From: Octopus sinensis
Lineage: Eukaryota
Assembly: GCF_006345805.1 (NCBI RefSeq)
Contig: NC_042997.1
Location: 200,818,001 to 200,882,000 of the forward strand
Reading direction: 5' to 3'
Length of the DNA: 64,000 bases
The notes below the pieces were generated by a model that was given only the letters and a program-made list of their open reading frames with translations, made no database searches and was not told where the DNA came from. A program made the position numbers and the translations under genes. Below are positions 1 to 11,574 of this stretch, in pieces. Position 1 is the stretch's first letter. Every line of letters starts with the position of its first letter.

Positions 1-18
1 TATCTATCTATCTATATA

Positions 19-49
<31 letters not shown>

Positions 50-88
50 TTAACTATCTATTTAACTATCTATCTATCTATCTATTTG

Positions 89-124
<36 letters not shown>

Positions 125-192
125 CCTATTTGTCTATCTATCTATCTATCTATTTATCTATCTATTTAACTATCTATCTATCTATCTATTTG

Positions 193-232
<40 letters not shown>

Positions 233-346
233 CCTATCTATCTATCTATCTATCTATCTATTTGTCTATCTATCTATCTTCTATCTATCTATCTATTTAT
301 CTATCTATCTGTCTACCTTCTATCTATCTATCTATCTATCTATATA

Positions 347-377
<31 letters not shown>

Positions 378-416
378 TTAACTATCTATTTAACTATCTA
401 TCTATCTATCTATTTG

Positions 417-452
<36 letters not shown>

Positions 453-482
453 CCTATTTGTCTATCTATCTATCTATCTATT

Positions 483-513
<31 letters not shown>

Positions 514-589
514 CTATTTGTCTATCTATTCTATCTATCTATCTATCTATCTATCTACCTATCTATCTATCTATCTATCTATCTATTTG

Positions 590-622
<33 letters not shown>

Positions 623-644
623 TTATCTATCTATCTGTCTACCT

Positions 645-693
<49 letters not shown>

Positions 694-722
694 ATATATA
701 TATATATAATATATATATATAT

Positions 723-754
<32 letters not shown>

Positions 755-756
755 AT
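1..756. repeat. (TATC)n microsatellite followed by (TA)n
   Basis: Seen directly: degenerate TATC array to ~690, then TA to 756. ORFs here (SIYL repeats) are artefacts. Confidence 0.98.
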
Positions 757-840
757 CTTTGTGTAATTAGTTATTAGCCTTAAACATTGAGTTACACACA
801 AACAATGTAAATGAAACGAAATAAATTGCATTAGATAACT

Positions 841-942
841 GTGTGTGTATGTGTGTGTACTTATATGTATATATATATATACACACACACATAAATACAT
901 ACACACGTTTATATATACATTTATCTATGTATATATGTATAC

Positions 943-977
<35 letters not shown>

Positions 978-1160
978 TGTATGAATGTATGTATGTATGT
1001 ATGTATGTATGTATGTATGTATGTATGTATGTATGTATGTATGTATGTATGTATGTATGTATGTATGTATGTATGTATGTATGTATGAATGTATGTATGT
1101 ATGTATGTATGTATGTATGTATGTATGTATGTATGTATGTATGTATGTGTGTGTGTGTGT

Positions 1161-1247
<87 letters not shown>

Positions 1248-1330
1248 ATGTATGTATGTATGTATGTATGTATGTATGTATGTATGTATGAATGTATGTA
1301 TGTATGTATGTATGAATGTATATCTATGTT
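841..1330. repeat. (TG)n/(TATG)n compound microsatellite
   Basis: Seen directly. Confidence 0.97.
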
Positions 1331-1436
1331 TGTACATGTGTGTGTGTTTGTACCATAGAAATCTGTCAATTTCATAAAAGTTTTGTGTTTTCTGTTGCCA
1401 AGAAATGTTTTTCTTTCCTTCTTCTTCATTTCTCAC

Positions 1437-1545
1437 CATACAACCATTTCAATGGATGTAACTTGTCCATATGAACAATATTTACAACAATGCCATTTTA
1501 ATTTATGCATTTCCACCATTGTACCAAGTGAGAAACATTTTATTA
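1437..1545 (-). CDS. Candidate 109-nt exon (IKCFSLGTMVEMHKLKWHCCKYCSYGQVTSIEMVV), unidentified
   Basis: Minus-strand acceptor tttttctgtgtctacttag, donor TG|gtgaga, one open frame (phase 1 to 2). No homology recognised. Confidence 0.25.
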
Positions 1546-1732
1546 CTAAGTAGACACAGAAAAATGACCAACAAAACAGCTAATACTCTGTATTAGTGCC
1601 TGGTTAAGTTGGAAAATATCAGATACAAGAATAGATAATGTTTTGAACTCTAGATTTATAAATGTTGCCATGTAACGTTAATTAAATATTGATTTGTCTC
1701 AAAATGCACAGGGCCAAAAATGATTGAATATC

Positions 1733-2112
1733 GAGCACCATACGATCGTGATCGTTGACAGAGCGGCTAACCGGCTTCCATGCCAGTGGCACATAAAAGG
1801 GTGCCATTTGAGCATGATCGTTACCAACATCGCCTTACTGGTACCTGTGCTGGTGGCATGTGTAAAAAGATTCGAGCGAAGTCGTTGCCAGTTCCGCCTG
1901 ACTGGCCCCTGTGCCAGTGGCACGTAAAAAGCCCCCACTACACTCTCGGAGTGGTTGGCATTAGGAATGGTATCCAGCTGTAGAAACTCTGCCAGATCAA
2001 GATTGAAACCTGGTGCAGCCTCCTTGTTTGCCAGTCCTCAGTCAAATCGTCCAACCCATGCTAGCATGGAAAGCGGACGTTAAACGATGATGATGATGAT
2101 GATGATGATGAT
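1733..2112 (+). mobile_element. RTE-type LINE 3' end / non-autonomous derivative with 3 hairpin units and (GAT)n tail
   Basis: Units GCCAG-loop-CTGGC...GTGGCAC, then CACTACACTCTCGGAGTGGTTGGCATTAGG...CCATGCTAGCATGGAAAGCGGACGTTAAAC(GAT)n, as in ~20 other copies in the window. Confidence 0.85.
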
Positions 2113-2123
2113 CTACCAGTATA

Positions 2124-2463
2124 CAAGGACTTGCTGAAAAGTTCCTGGATTTTGGTAAAAGAAAATACATAGAATAAGTACTAGGCTTGCAAAGAATAAG
2201 TCCTGGGGTCGATATGGTCGACTAAAGGTGGTGCTCCAGCATGGCCACAGTCAAATGACTGAAACAAGAAAAAGAGTAAAAAAAGATACAGAATGATCAG
2301 TTAACTATGATTTTATTCAACATATTCAAATTTCAAATTTCACACTCTTATCGCAGCGGTCCTTCAGTTTTTCTAATCCCTGTAAACGAACTCCGAAGGT
2401 TAGGTCTCCAACCAGGCCCTTCACGTTACCCTTAAAGCCAGGAAACTTTTCAGTACAACCTCG
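2124..2463. mobile_element. Tc1/mariner-type MITE interrupted by a SINE 3' fragment (2169-2286)
   Basis: Imperfect TIRs caaggacttgctgaaaagttcctgg / ccaggaaacttttcagtacaacctcg with TA on both flanks. The insert matches the CORE-like SINE tail. Confidence 0.75.
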
Positions 2464-2975
2464 TATGTTTAGTACTCATTAGTCAAGTGGGTTTTGCATT
2501 TTACCAGGCAGGTAACCAGGAAGATGGTTAAGACAGATGGCATAGATAGGTGACAGGAACCTCTGTTGCCACAAATATAGCACAATTGTTTCCACTTATG
2601 TTGGACAGACTACCTGTTGTAGCAATAGTTTGCCATAAACTCCAAATAGTATCTCTTTCCCAGTATGTAATTATTGTTATTTTTTACCTGTGAAAGGCCA
2701 ACACAGTTTGTCTTTATGTGCGATAATAAAATCTGTTAAATGCTCGTGAGTGTTGTTCAGTTAATTCTACATGCAACCCAAGAAACGTGTTTGCATCTAT
2801 AAACTCAGCCAGTCACCACCACAACAGATCAACGACCATAGGCCACAACATTCAAAGTGGTTTTGGTAACTTGGTCTTGGCAAGTTCCAATGAAAAAGGA
2901 ACCACGTGTGGTGTTTAATCACCTAGAGTTTTGATTCATTTCTTGTGCTTCTGATTCACTGGGTTAGTGCATCAT

Positions 2976-3200
2976 TCATCATCATCATCATCATCGTCGT
3001 CGTCATCTTTTAACGTCCACTTTCCATGCTGGCATGGGTTGTATGGTTTGACTGAGGACTGGTGAGCCAGAAGGCTACACCAGATTCCAATCTGATCTGG
3101 CAAAGTTTCTACAGCTGGATGTCCTTCTTAATGCCAACCACCTCGAGAGTGTAGCAGGTGCTTTTTACGTGCCACTGGCGTGAGGGCCAGTCAAATAAAC
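2976..3200 (-). mobile_element. RTE-type 3' end
   Basis: Reverse complement of the conserved tail with (GAT)n. Confidence 0.85.
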
Positions 3201-3419
3201 CACTACTTGGCTCTCCTGTCAATTGTCTTCTCACCTTATCTTGTTGAAAAATGTTCAGCATATCAGTTTTGTCTTGTAAAACAATTATCAACATTCTGAG
3301 TGTCTTGAAAGAGACAGAGTCAACATTTGCATCCGGAATGGATGGCCTGCTTGATAATAAAGAAATACCACGTCTCCAAAGACCTATGAGGGCTGCCAAA
3401 ACGGTTTGGAAAAATCACT

Positions 3420-3603
3420 TATGGTGGTGCCAAAAAAAAGCACCCAGTACACCCTGCAAAATAGTTGGTATTAGGAAGAACATCCAGTCATAGAAACAGA
3501 CGATGAAACCAAGAGCAGCTTCTTGGCCTTGCCAGCACCTCCTGCCAAACTGTCTAACTTGAGCCAGCATGGAAAGCAGATGTTAAATGATGATGATGAC
3601 GAA

Positions 3604-3637
<34 letters not shown>

Positions 3638-3641
3638 GCGG

Positions 3642-3677
<36 letters not shown>

Positions 3678-3809
3678 CGGTGATGATGATGATGATGATG
3701 ATGACGGTAATGATGATGATGATGATGATGATGATGACGGTGATAATGATGATGATGATGATGATGATGACGGTGATGATGATGATGATGATGCTGATGA
3801 TGATGGCGG

Positions 3810-3840
<31 letters not shown>
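3420..3840 (+). mobile_element. Degenerate RTE-type 3' end with greatly expanded (GAT)n tail (3587-3840)
   Basis: aaaagcacccagtacacc...ggtattaggaagaacatccag...ccagcatggaaagcagatgttaaat, then ~250 bp GAT with periodic GACGGT/GGCGGT. Confidence 0.8.
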
Positions 3841-4228
3841 AACGACTTTTGAAAACAGCTATGACGCAAACTAAAAATGTGAAGAATACCAGCAGCACTC
3901 ATAAACGCGAATCTACAACCCCGAGAACTATGTAACCTTGTGAACAGAGACTGACTCGGACGAGTTGAATCAGAATCCATGAAGGATATATGGGAAATAA
4001 ACTTACTCGGGTTTGATGCTTTGAGAGAAGCCAACTCCGTCATAAAGAGATTGTCACATGGGTATGATGATAATTATGATGTTGATGGTGATGGTGATGA
4101 TGATGGTGATGATGATGATGATGGTGATGATAATAATGATGGTGATAATGATGATGAGGATGATAATGATGAGATTGGTGGTGGTGGGGGTAATGAAGAA
4201 AAAAAAAAATAATAATAATAATAATAAA

Positions 4229-5212
4229 AGTTTGCTACCAAAACAATAAAGTTTGCTTATTGATCGACATGAGCATCCCCTGTGATCATAATATCTCAGC
4301 GAAAGAGTTTGACAAGCTCAGAAAATATAAAGACCTACTCATTGAAATTGAGAAAATGTGGCATCTCAAGGCGGTTACAATACCAGTGATCGTAGGAGCA
4401 CTAGGAATGATCAAGAAGGGAACCGAAAATTATATGAGAATGATCCCTGGCTTACCATCCCTGCAAGAAGTGCAAAAGATTGTCTTATCTGGTACATCAC
4501 ACGTACTCAAGCTTCTTCTCCTTATCTCCTCAAAGACATACAGCACCTCGAAAGAGTCCAGAGGCTGGCTACCCGCATGGTTCATGGTCTCAAAAATTTG
4601 TCCTACGAAGTAAGGCTGAGGACGCTCGACCTTTATTCTCTTGAAAAACGCCGCCGCTGTGGTGATCTCATTCTCGCCCACACATCATAAGCGGGAAGTG
4701 TAACCTCTCGAAAGAGCTGTTCTTCACTCCTGCTCCGGAGCGTCGGCTGCGGGGTCATTCCGAAAAGCTCTACCTGCGACGATTTCATCTCAATCGAAGG
4801 AGAGGAGCTTTCTCCGTCCGGGTTGCGGATCCGTGGAACAAGCTGCCAGACGAGATGGTGAAGATGCCGACGACCGCTTTGTTCAAAGCCTCCCTGGACC
4901 TCAAGTGGCCTGAACTCTTTACATGAACACCACCCTGTACTTAACTCCATGTCCCCCTACATGGCCTTGCTATTTGCTTTTGAGCCAAATTAACTAACTA
5001 ACTAACTATTGAGAAGAGCATTGTCGATGTGAGAATTGTTGCTGCTCATGTATTTTAATTTAACTTAAAAAAAAAAAATTAAAAAAATGAACGAACTATT
5101 GAGTTTGGTGTAATGGCCTACCAATGTATACTATGAGTTTCTTTGCCCTAGGAGTCGGGAAGACACTCGGCAAGAAATGGAAGCAAATTTGAAAGAAGAA
5201 AGAAAAAAAAAA

Positions 5213-5213
<1 letters not shown>
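4229..5213 (+). mobile_element. 5'-truncated R4/Dong-clade non-LTR retrotransposon (RLE domain + 3' UTR), split by a CR1 insertion
   Basis: LLIDMSIPCDHNISAKEFDKLRKYKDLLIEIEKMWHLKAVTIPVIVGALG...QKIVLSGTSHV continues as LRRALSM* at 5009. (TAA)n on both sides (4210-4228; 5214-5246). Confidence 0.85.
4506..5008 (+). mobile_element. CR1-type LINE 3' fragment nested in the R4 element
   Basis: SPYLLKDIQHLERVQRLATRMVHGLKNLSYEVRLRTLDLYSLEKRR...RGHSEKL...FSVRVADPWNKLP, 3' UTR ending (CTAA)n. Confidence 0.88.
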
Positions 5214-5247
<34 letters not shown>

Positions 5248-5811
5248 GAAGAAGAAGAAAAGAAGAAGAAGAAGAAGAAGAGGAAGGAGAAGCAGAAGCA
5301 GAAGAAGAAGAAGAAGAAGAAGAAGAAAACGATGTGGTAGATGGATAGATGTACAGTTGAAATGTGTGTTATTCTACATACATATTTATATTTATATAAA
5401 CACATACATTTATACATACATATACATACATACATATATATAAGTATATATATATATATAATATATATACATCCTTGCTTATATACATACATACATTCAT
5501 ACATGCATATATAAGTATCCATATACACACACACATGTATGTATATATGTGTGTGTGTGTATATACATATATATATATATACATATATATATGTGTGTGT
5601 ATATACATATATATATATATAAGTATATGCGTGTGTATATATGTGTGTGTGTGTATATGTATATGCAATTTATATGTATATATATATATATATACATACA
5701 TACATACATATAGGTATAAGCATATACATTATACAAACATATATGTATAACATACACACGCACACACATATATTAGCATGGAAAATGGACATTAAATGAT
5801 GATGATGATGA

Positions 5812-5880
<69 letters not shown>

Positions 5881-5935
5881 TATATATATATACAGACACA
5901 CATACGCACATATACATACATGCACACCTAACACA
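5214..5935. repeat. (TAA)n-(GAA)n, then TA/TG/CATA compound microsatellites, with a short RTE tail at ~5774-5812
   Basis: Seen directly. Confidence 0.9.
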
Positions 5936-6786
5936 CACACAGCTGCATGCAAGCGAAAATCGTCGTTCCCTCGCCGTGCACGCATTTCTTCTTTCGATTC
6001 CAGGCGTGAGGTATAAATCTATTCAGCAGTGTCAATTAGTGGATGCATTGTGAAATGATTCGTTTGCAACCCAAGCTGCATGAAATACTTGACAGCTGAA
6101 GTTTTCACGAAAATCTCTAATTATATTCCTATATTACTTTTCAATGCGAAATAGCAGGGAGATATAAGATATATCTAGAATTACCTCATTCTATCTGGGA
6201 ACCTGTGATTACTTGGAATATTTTTAAATTAGGAAGGAATTTTCGCTTTGAGAAGGATAGATTAAATATTTAGGGAAGTGGTTTGCATATGTCAAGTATA
6301 AGAAATTTCTCGATGTTTATAAAAGTTCTAGGAAGATAAATTCATTTTGTTGACCGCTAATGATGAGTTAGAGGATAAAATGTATCTAGAAAGAGTTGAA
6401 TTTGCTCAATTAGAAATATATAGACGTTTTGGCATGTCATGTTGGGTGCATTAGCTGTTACATTATCAAGAATATTTAAAAAGAATTATCGAATGTTTTA
6501 ACAATAGATGAACCAAAAGTGGTTGTACATCACGGTTAGCGAAGATTCAAAGAGATCTTTGAAGGCTTTGATGATACAATAAGATTCAGTTCCTGTTAAG
6601 AGTTTAAGAATTTGTAATCATCACGAAGGCAGTTACATAAAAAGAACGTTTTATCTTTTTACCAAATTTACCGTGTTACAAAGATATACTTTGTAATTAA
6701 CTTTGCAGAATGGTTTTTAGAGAAAAATCTTCAGCTTTGATATACATTTTCTAAGTTTGCATTGTTTTTTAGTTATTGTAGTAATA

Positions 6787-7343
6787 CTGGGTTGTCCGGA
6801 AAGTTCGTGCCGATTTTTAAAGGAAAGAAAAAGGTCAATAAATACTTGCCATTACATTTTTAATCAACCAAATATGAACCATGCGTCTCCATCTTTTCTT
6901 TTACTTGAAAATACTCTCTTCTCAGAATTGAGGTGGTTTCATGGCAAAGAATTCATCAAGATATCTTTTTACGTCATCCAAGGAATTGAAATTTTTACTA
7001 TTAAGACTATTTTGCAGAGACCTGAATAAGTGGAAATTCGAAGGAGGAGCAACATCTGGTGAATATGGAGGGTGGGGTAACACAACACAGCCGAGCTGCA
7101 GCAATTTTGGTCTGGTTCCCAAAGCATCAAGTGCCGAAAATGAACTTTCTTATCTTCCATTTTAAAGGTTTACAGAATTAACACAGTTTAAAGGAACATA
7201 CACCTTCTTCCACGAAAAGATAGCTTAAACTGTGAGCTAACTGGAGGTGTAGTCAAATCCTATTTTATGGACTCAACCATGTTCTAAAAATAAGTCGAAA
7301 GGTAAGCTACTATAAATTGGCACGAACTTTCCGGACAACCCAA
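6787..7343 (-). mobile_element. Internally deleted mariner element (557 bp)
   Basis: TIRs (c/t)tgggttgtccggaaagttcgtgcc at both ends with TA flanks. N-terminus MEDKKVHFRHLMLWE is fused near LPHPPYSPDVAPPSNFHLFRSLQNSL. Confidence 0.92.
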
Positions 7344-7499
7344 TACATACCAGTTTACTAATTGCTGGGAGGGACACCGTATTTCGTTGTTCAATCACAA
7401 TATGCTAGAAGTATATTAAAGGCTTATCAGTCACTGTGTCCTACCTGCATTAGCAGTACAATTCAATCACTTTTAAAGTTATCTACATATTATCAATAG

Positions 7500-8200
7500 A
7501 AACTAGAGTTAGCACTGAATGCTATGTTTTCTATACAAGTACATCATGAGGACAGGAAGTAAGCCACAGATCGGAACAAGTGATAATCCAAGGGAGATAT
7601 TCTTCTGAAATCCTAACGTGCGGAAACAGTGGATAAAAAAGGGCCAGCTTCCAGAATCTTTTGCCAAACAGGGACACTTTAGACACAACATGATGTTGCA
7701 TGTCTGATGGAACTATGAGGGGATAATTCACTAGTTCGTTCTGGATGGTCGAACCATTGATGCCAACCTCTACTCCGAACAGTTGGAGCAGATGCATGCC
7801 ACTGTGTGGCGAAAATATCCGGCATTGGATAAGAGAAAGCGAGCTCTTCAGCAGCAAGACATTGCAAGACCTCACACTGCTCGAACGACCCAGAAAAAAT
7901 TCCAGGAACTTGAGGGAATTGAACCGATGCCACACCCAACATATAGTCGGGACCTAGCTCCCTCAGATTATTACTTGTTACGATCCATGGCTGGCTTTTT
8001 GCGCTCACTATGTTTCATCAAGAGGAACTGCAAGCTTCAGTGAAGGAGTTAATCGCCTTGAAAAAAGACAAGAACTGGTATGAGTATGGAATCAAAGAAC
8101 AGGCAGAAAGATGGCTTCAGACCATACAACATGGTGGCCCCTACTTTGAATACTAGGTACCATTTATTGTAGCATCACGGATAAAGTAAATAAGTTACCA
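7500..8200 (+). mobile_element. Decayed mariner transposase fragment
   Basis: QQDIARPHTARTTQKKFQELEGIEPMPHPTYSRDLAPSDYYLLRSM (35 residues between the D's in this copy); frameshifts and stops. Confidence 0.88.
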
Positions 8201-8202
8201 GA

Positions 8203-8355
8203 ACATTATTTACAGTTGACAGATATTTGTCCTCATCTTATTTGTTGTTAACACAACGTTTCGGCTGATATACCCTCCAGCCTTCATCAGGTGTCTTGGG
8301 AAAATTTCGAACCTGGGTTCTCATTCCTAAGGTATTTTTCGATGTAATTATTATT
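8203..8355 (-). mobile_element. Solo Penelope-like pLTR (family 1)
   Basis: Homologous to the termini of the PLE at 47513-48701. Confidence 0.85.
8250..8295 (-). ncRNA. Minimal type I hammerhead ribozyme motif, intact
   Basis: Minus strand GACAC CUGAUGA A GGCUG-GAGGGUAUAU-CAGCC GAAAC GUU^GUGUU: stem I GACAC/GUGUU, stem II GGCUG/CAGCC, palindromic AACGUU in place of stem III. Confidence 0.8.
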
Positions 8356-8357
8356 AA

Positions 8358-8480
8358 TTTGCCTTTTATCCTTTCGGGGTCGATAAATTAAGTACCAGTT
8401 GCATACTAGGGTCGAACTAATCGACTGCCCCCCTCCTCCAAAATTTCGAGTCTTGTGCCTAGAAGAGAAACGAATAAGTA
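8358..8480 (+). mobile_element. Nin/Deu-like SINE 3' part (tail type 1)
   Basis: gccttttatcctttcggggtcgataaattaagtaccag...aaaatttcgagtcttgtgcctag. Confidence 0.8.
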
Positions 8481-8983
8481 AAATGATGATGAAGTCAGTC
8501 TTCAAAGCAGTGTTTTTTTGTGTTTTTCTCTTAATCTTCAATATATCTAAGTGACTTTTTACTACGACTTTTAAGATCAGATAAGCCTAAGACGATATAC
8601 TTTATTTATTTATAAATTATCTGTCAATAATTATCAAGATATAAGATAAAGACATACAGCGTATTAGAAATTATTTCACCACAACTTTCTTCCTACTTCT
8701 GCCACAAAGCAGAGGAACCATGGGTGTAACCCACTATGGTGTGGTAAACTTTCAGACCCTAGTTTAGATTGCGAATCCTCTGTACACCAGGATGGTTCGG
8801 CTCTCCACCCATTAAAAAGCCACTGTTAATGGAATGAAGCTAACAACGTAGCTTTCGCACCCGTGCAACTGCCAGTCTATCGCGTGTGGTGGGTGGATCT
8901 TCAAGTTGCCACACACATTCTTAGTAGCTTAGAGTAGGCTCGAATTAGAGATTATTCTTTGTAGGTAATGGCATGAGTCCTGA

Positions 8984-9574
8984 TTGGAAGAAGAACAACA
9001 ACAACCAGCAACATCGACAACCATAGGAGAGGTGACAGTAGCACTTCAAGTAACAGCGACAACAATACCAGCAGTTACAGCGGTAGAAGCAACACCAAAT
9101 TTGCAGCCAGAAAGACCAGAATTCCCAGAATCATGCCTAGGAATATCAGCATCAGCAGCGGCACCAGCAACAACAACAGCACCATCAGACCCGGAGTTAA
9201 CGAAAGCTACATTGGCGGTGGTAGCACATCCATTATACAGATACGAAAATGTCGGTTCAACCGTGTCCTTGTTTAAGTGATGTCTGAACAAGCACAAGTC
9301 CTCTTTTAGGATGTCGGAAAAGCACAACATCACGTCCCTGGGCAGCCACGTATGGCACTGGAAAGAAGAAGAAACCTCATACACAATGAAATGGAAGCTC
9401 CTTGCACACCCAGAGTCTTCTATAAATGGGTGCCAATGATGTAAATTTTGCCTGGCTGTGAAGACAGGAATCCTAAAAAACTCGCTTGACGTGGGGATCT
9501 TTCTCAACTCCAGGAAAGAAGAATTCCATCAATGCCCTCACATAAAACGGTTCCTACTTCAGACTTATTGTTGA
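8984..9574 (+). pseudogene. PLE-derived ORF: Ala/Thr/Pro-rich segment in frame with a GIY-YIG-type endonuclease C-terminus; two in-frame TGA
   Basis: A single frame reads ...YRYENVGSTVSLFK*CLNKHKSSF...HNITSLGSHVWHWK...YTMKWKLL...CQ*CKFCLAVKTGIL...FLNSRKEEFHQCPHIKRFLL, resembling PLE endonuclease C-termini. Confidence 0.7.
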
Positions 9575-9826
9575 AGATTTATGTATCACTATGGCTGGAG
9601 TCGAGGTAAGTGGGATAACCCCGTCCTGCTCATCCATGGCATGGACAATTATTCTTTGTTTACAAAACCAACTAACTGCTACGTATATCTTCTTCCAGTT
9701 GTAGAGAGGTTGTTCACCTTCAGCCATTTAAGTCTGATGAGCTGGCAATACTATTAAGTACTTTATGGGTCAATGTACGACCTGTCAATCTATTTCTGGT
9801 CATAAATTTTAACTTTCCAAAATCTA

Positions 9827-9834
9827 TACACACA

Positions 9835-9907
<73 letters not shown>
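9827..9907. repeat. (CA)n microsatellite
   Basis: Seen directly. Confidence 0.98.
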
Positions 9908-9908
<1 letters not shown>

Positions 9909-10927
9909 TCATACACAAATCATAAAAACTCCCTAATAAAATAATGTCATGTCATTACTTTTTCCATCATTGTAGAAATATTCAAGAGATTTTCAGATAA
10001 CACATATTTCTGTTAGAAGCTGTGACAATGCAATCAAAATCAAAGAACAAAATTGGAAATTTGCAACTTTTGAATATTTTGGCAAGGATTTCTGTTGTTT
10101 AATAAGATATCTTTGAATATATATTTTTTCTTATTTCAGTTTTCCTTCCTAATTATAATTTTAAATTTCCATTGATTTTCCTCGATTGAAGTTTGGTAGA
10201 GAATTAATACCAAAAGTAGAATGAATTGTGATAGGAAGAACTATAAGACAATTATAATAGCAAGGAATCAAAACCAAATACACAAAAATACAGTTAAAAC
10301 AAACCAAAAAAAAAAACACTAAGAAATTGTCAATAAATAAAAGAAAATGATTGAAAAGACATTAAGATTCTGAACTCTAAAGAAAAATGATTTAATTTGA
10401 ATTTTTATTAGAATCATGTTATAGGGATTGATAAAATTTAAGACATTGTCAAAAAAATATTGTTTATTTGAAAAAAATTAAAAATGTTTCAATTTGGTAA
10501 AATATAACCTGAAGCTTATTGTTCACTATTTTCACCAAGCTGGGGTAATTGTCAGGAATAAGCTTGATGGTTATGAATATTTAATTCTATGTCTGAAATA
10601 ATGGTAATGATATCAGGTGATATTGCTCTAAAAAAAAAGATATTTTGTGAAAAACCTCATGTATTAAAACCTTTAATAATACTAAACAATACTTGTCTCA
10701 ACCACAAACATTAAAATTATGGACCCTTTTTTAAACTTCTTTCCGTTGAAACTCACTTTGTGGAAGAAGGCAGCGAGCTGGCAGAATCATAAGCACATTG
10801 GATAGAATGCTTAACAGAAATTCTTCCAGCCCTTTACATTCTGGGTTCAATTACTACTGAAGTCAAATTTGCCTCTCACAAGTTTCAAAATGAGATAACT
10901 ATTTTACTGAATTCTTAATCATTTTTA

Positions 10928-11150
10928 TTTTTTATCTTTTACTTGTTTCAGTCATTAGACTGCGGCCATGCTGGGGCACCATCTTGTGGAATTTTAATTG
11001 AATGAATCATCCCCAATACTTAGTTGCTTTTTAAACTTGGTACTTATTCTATCGGCCTCACTTGCTGAACTGCTAAGTTACATGGCTGTAAACACACCAT
11101 CAAGTAACAGTGGGAGGATAAAAACAGACACAAGGTCACACACATATAAT
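10928..11150 (-). mobile_element. CORE-like composite SINE, 3' half
   Basis: cttttacttgtttcagtcattagactgcggccatgctgg... is the reverse complement of the family tail. Confidence 0.8.
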
Positions 11151-11178
11151 ATATACGTGTACACACATATATTATCCT

Positions 11179-11410
11179 AAGGTGGTGAGCTGGCAGAAAT
11201 ATTAGCATGTCGGATGAAATGCTTAGCAGTATTTCGTCTGCTGTTACGTTCTGAGTTCAAATTCCGCCGAGGTCAACTTTGCCTTTCATCCTTTCAGGGT
11301 CGATAAATTATGTACCAGTCATGCACTGGGGTCGATCTAATCGACATAATCCATTTGTCTGTCCTTGTTTGTCCTTTCTGTTTTTAGTCCCTTGTGGGCA
11401 ATAAAGAAAT
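11179..11410 (+). mobile_element. Nin/Deu-like tRNA SINE, full length, tail type 2
   Basis: Head gagctggcagaa..., B-box gagttcaaattcc, core gcctttcatcctttcagggtcgataaattatgtaccag, tail ttagtcccttgtgggcaataaagaaat. Confidence 0.85.
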
Positions 11411-11574
11411 AAGAAGTTTGCTTCCCAACCACATGGTTCTGGGTTCAGTTCCACTGCATGGCAATTTGGGTGCTTTCTACAATAGCCACAGGCCAATCAA
11501 AGCCTTGTGAGTGGATCTGGTAGATAGAAACTAAAAAAAAAGCCCATTGTATATGTGTACACATATATATTTTT

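Noticed and set aside
130-1439. SIYL/MYVC/HTYI-type ORFs (also at 5.4-5.9, 35.3-35.6, 58.5-59.0 and 63.0-63.4 kb)
   Set aside because: Microsatellite translations.
2690-2734. 45-nt minus-strand exon (DFIIAHKDKLCWPFT)
   Set aside because: Good donor but purine-rich, weak acceptor. Resemblance to an LSEDFI..KDK..W repeat appears only across a hypothetical junction.
3471-4212. Poly-Asp/His/Met/Ser ORFs (also at 19.8, 20.2-20.7 and 60.6 kb)
   Set aside because: (GAT)n tracts derived from or adjacent to retroelement tails.
8805-8865. Type II hammerhead on the minus strand (GCGAAAGCUA...UAGCUU + stem I)
   Set aside because: GAAA and two stems are present, but the CUGANGA core is absent.
9725-9790. 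Hammerhead at CTGATGAGCTGGC
   Set aside because: No matching stem II partner or GAAA, so at best a deleted relic.
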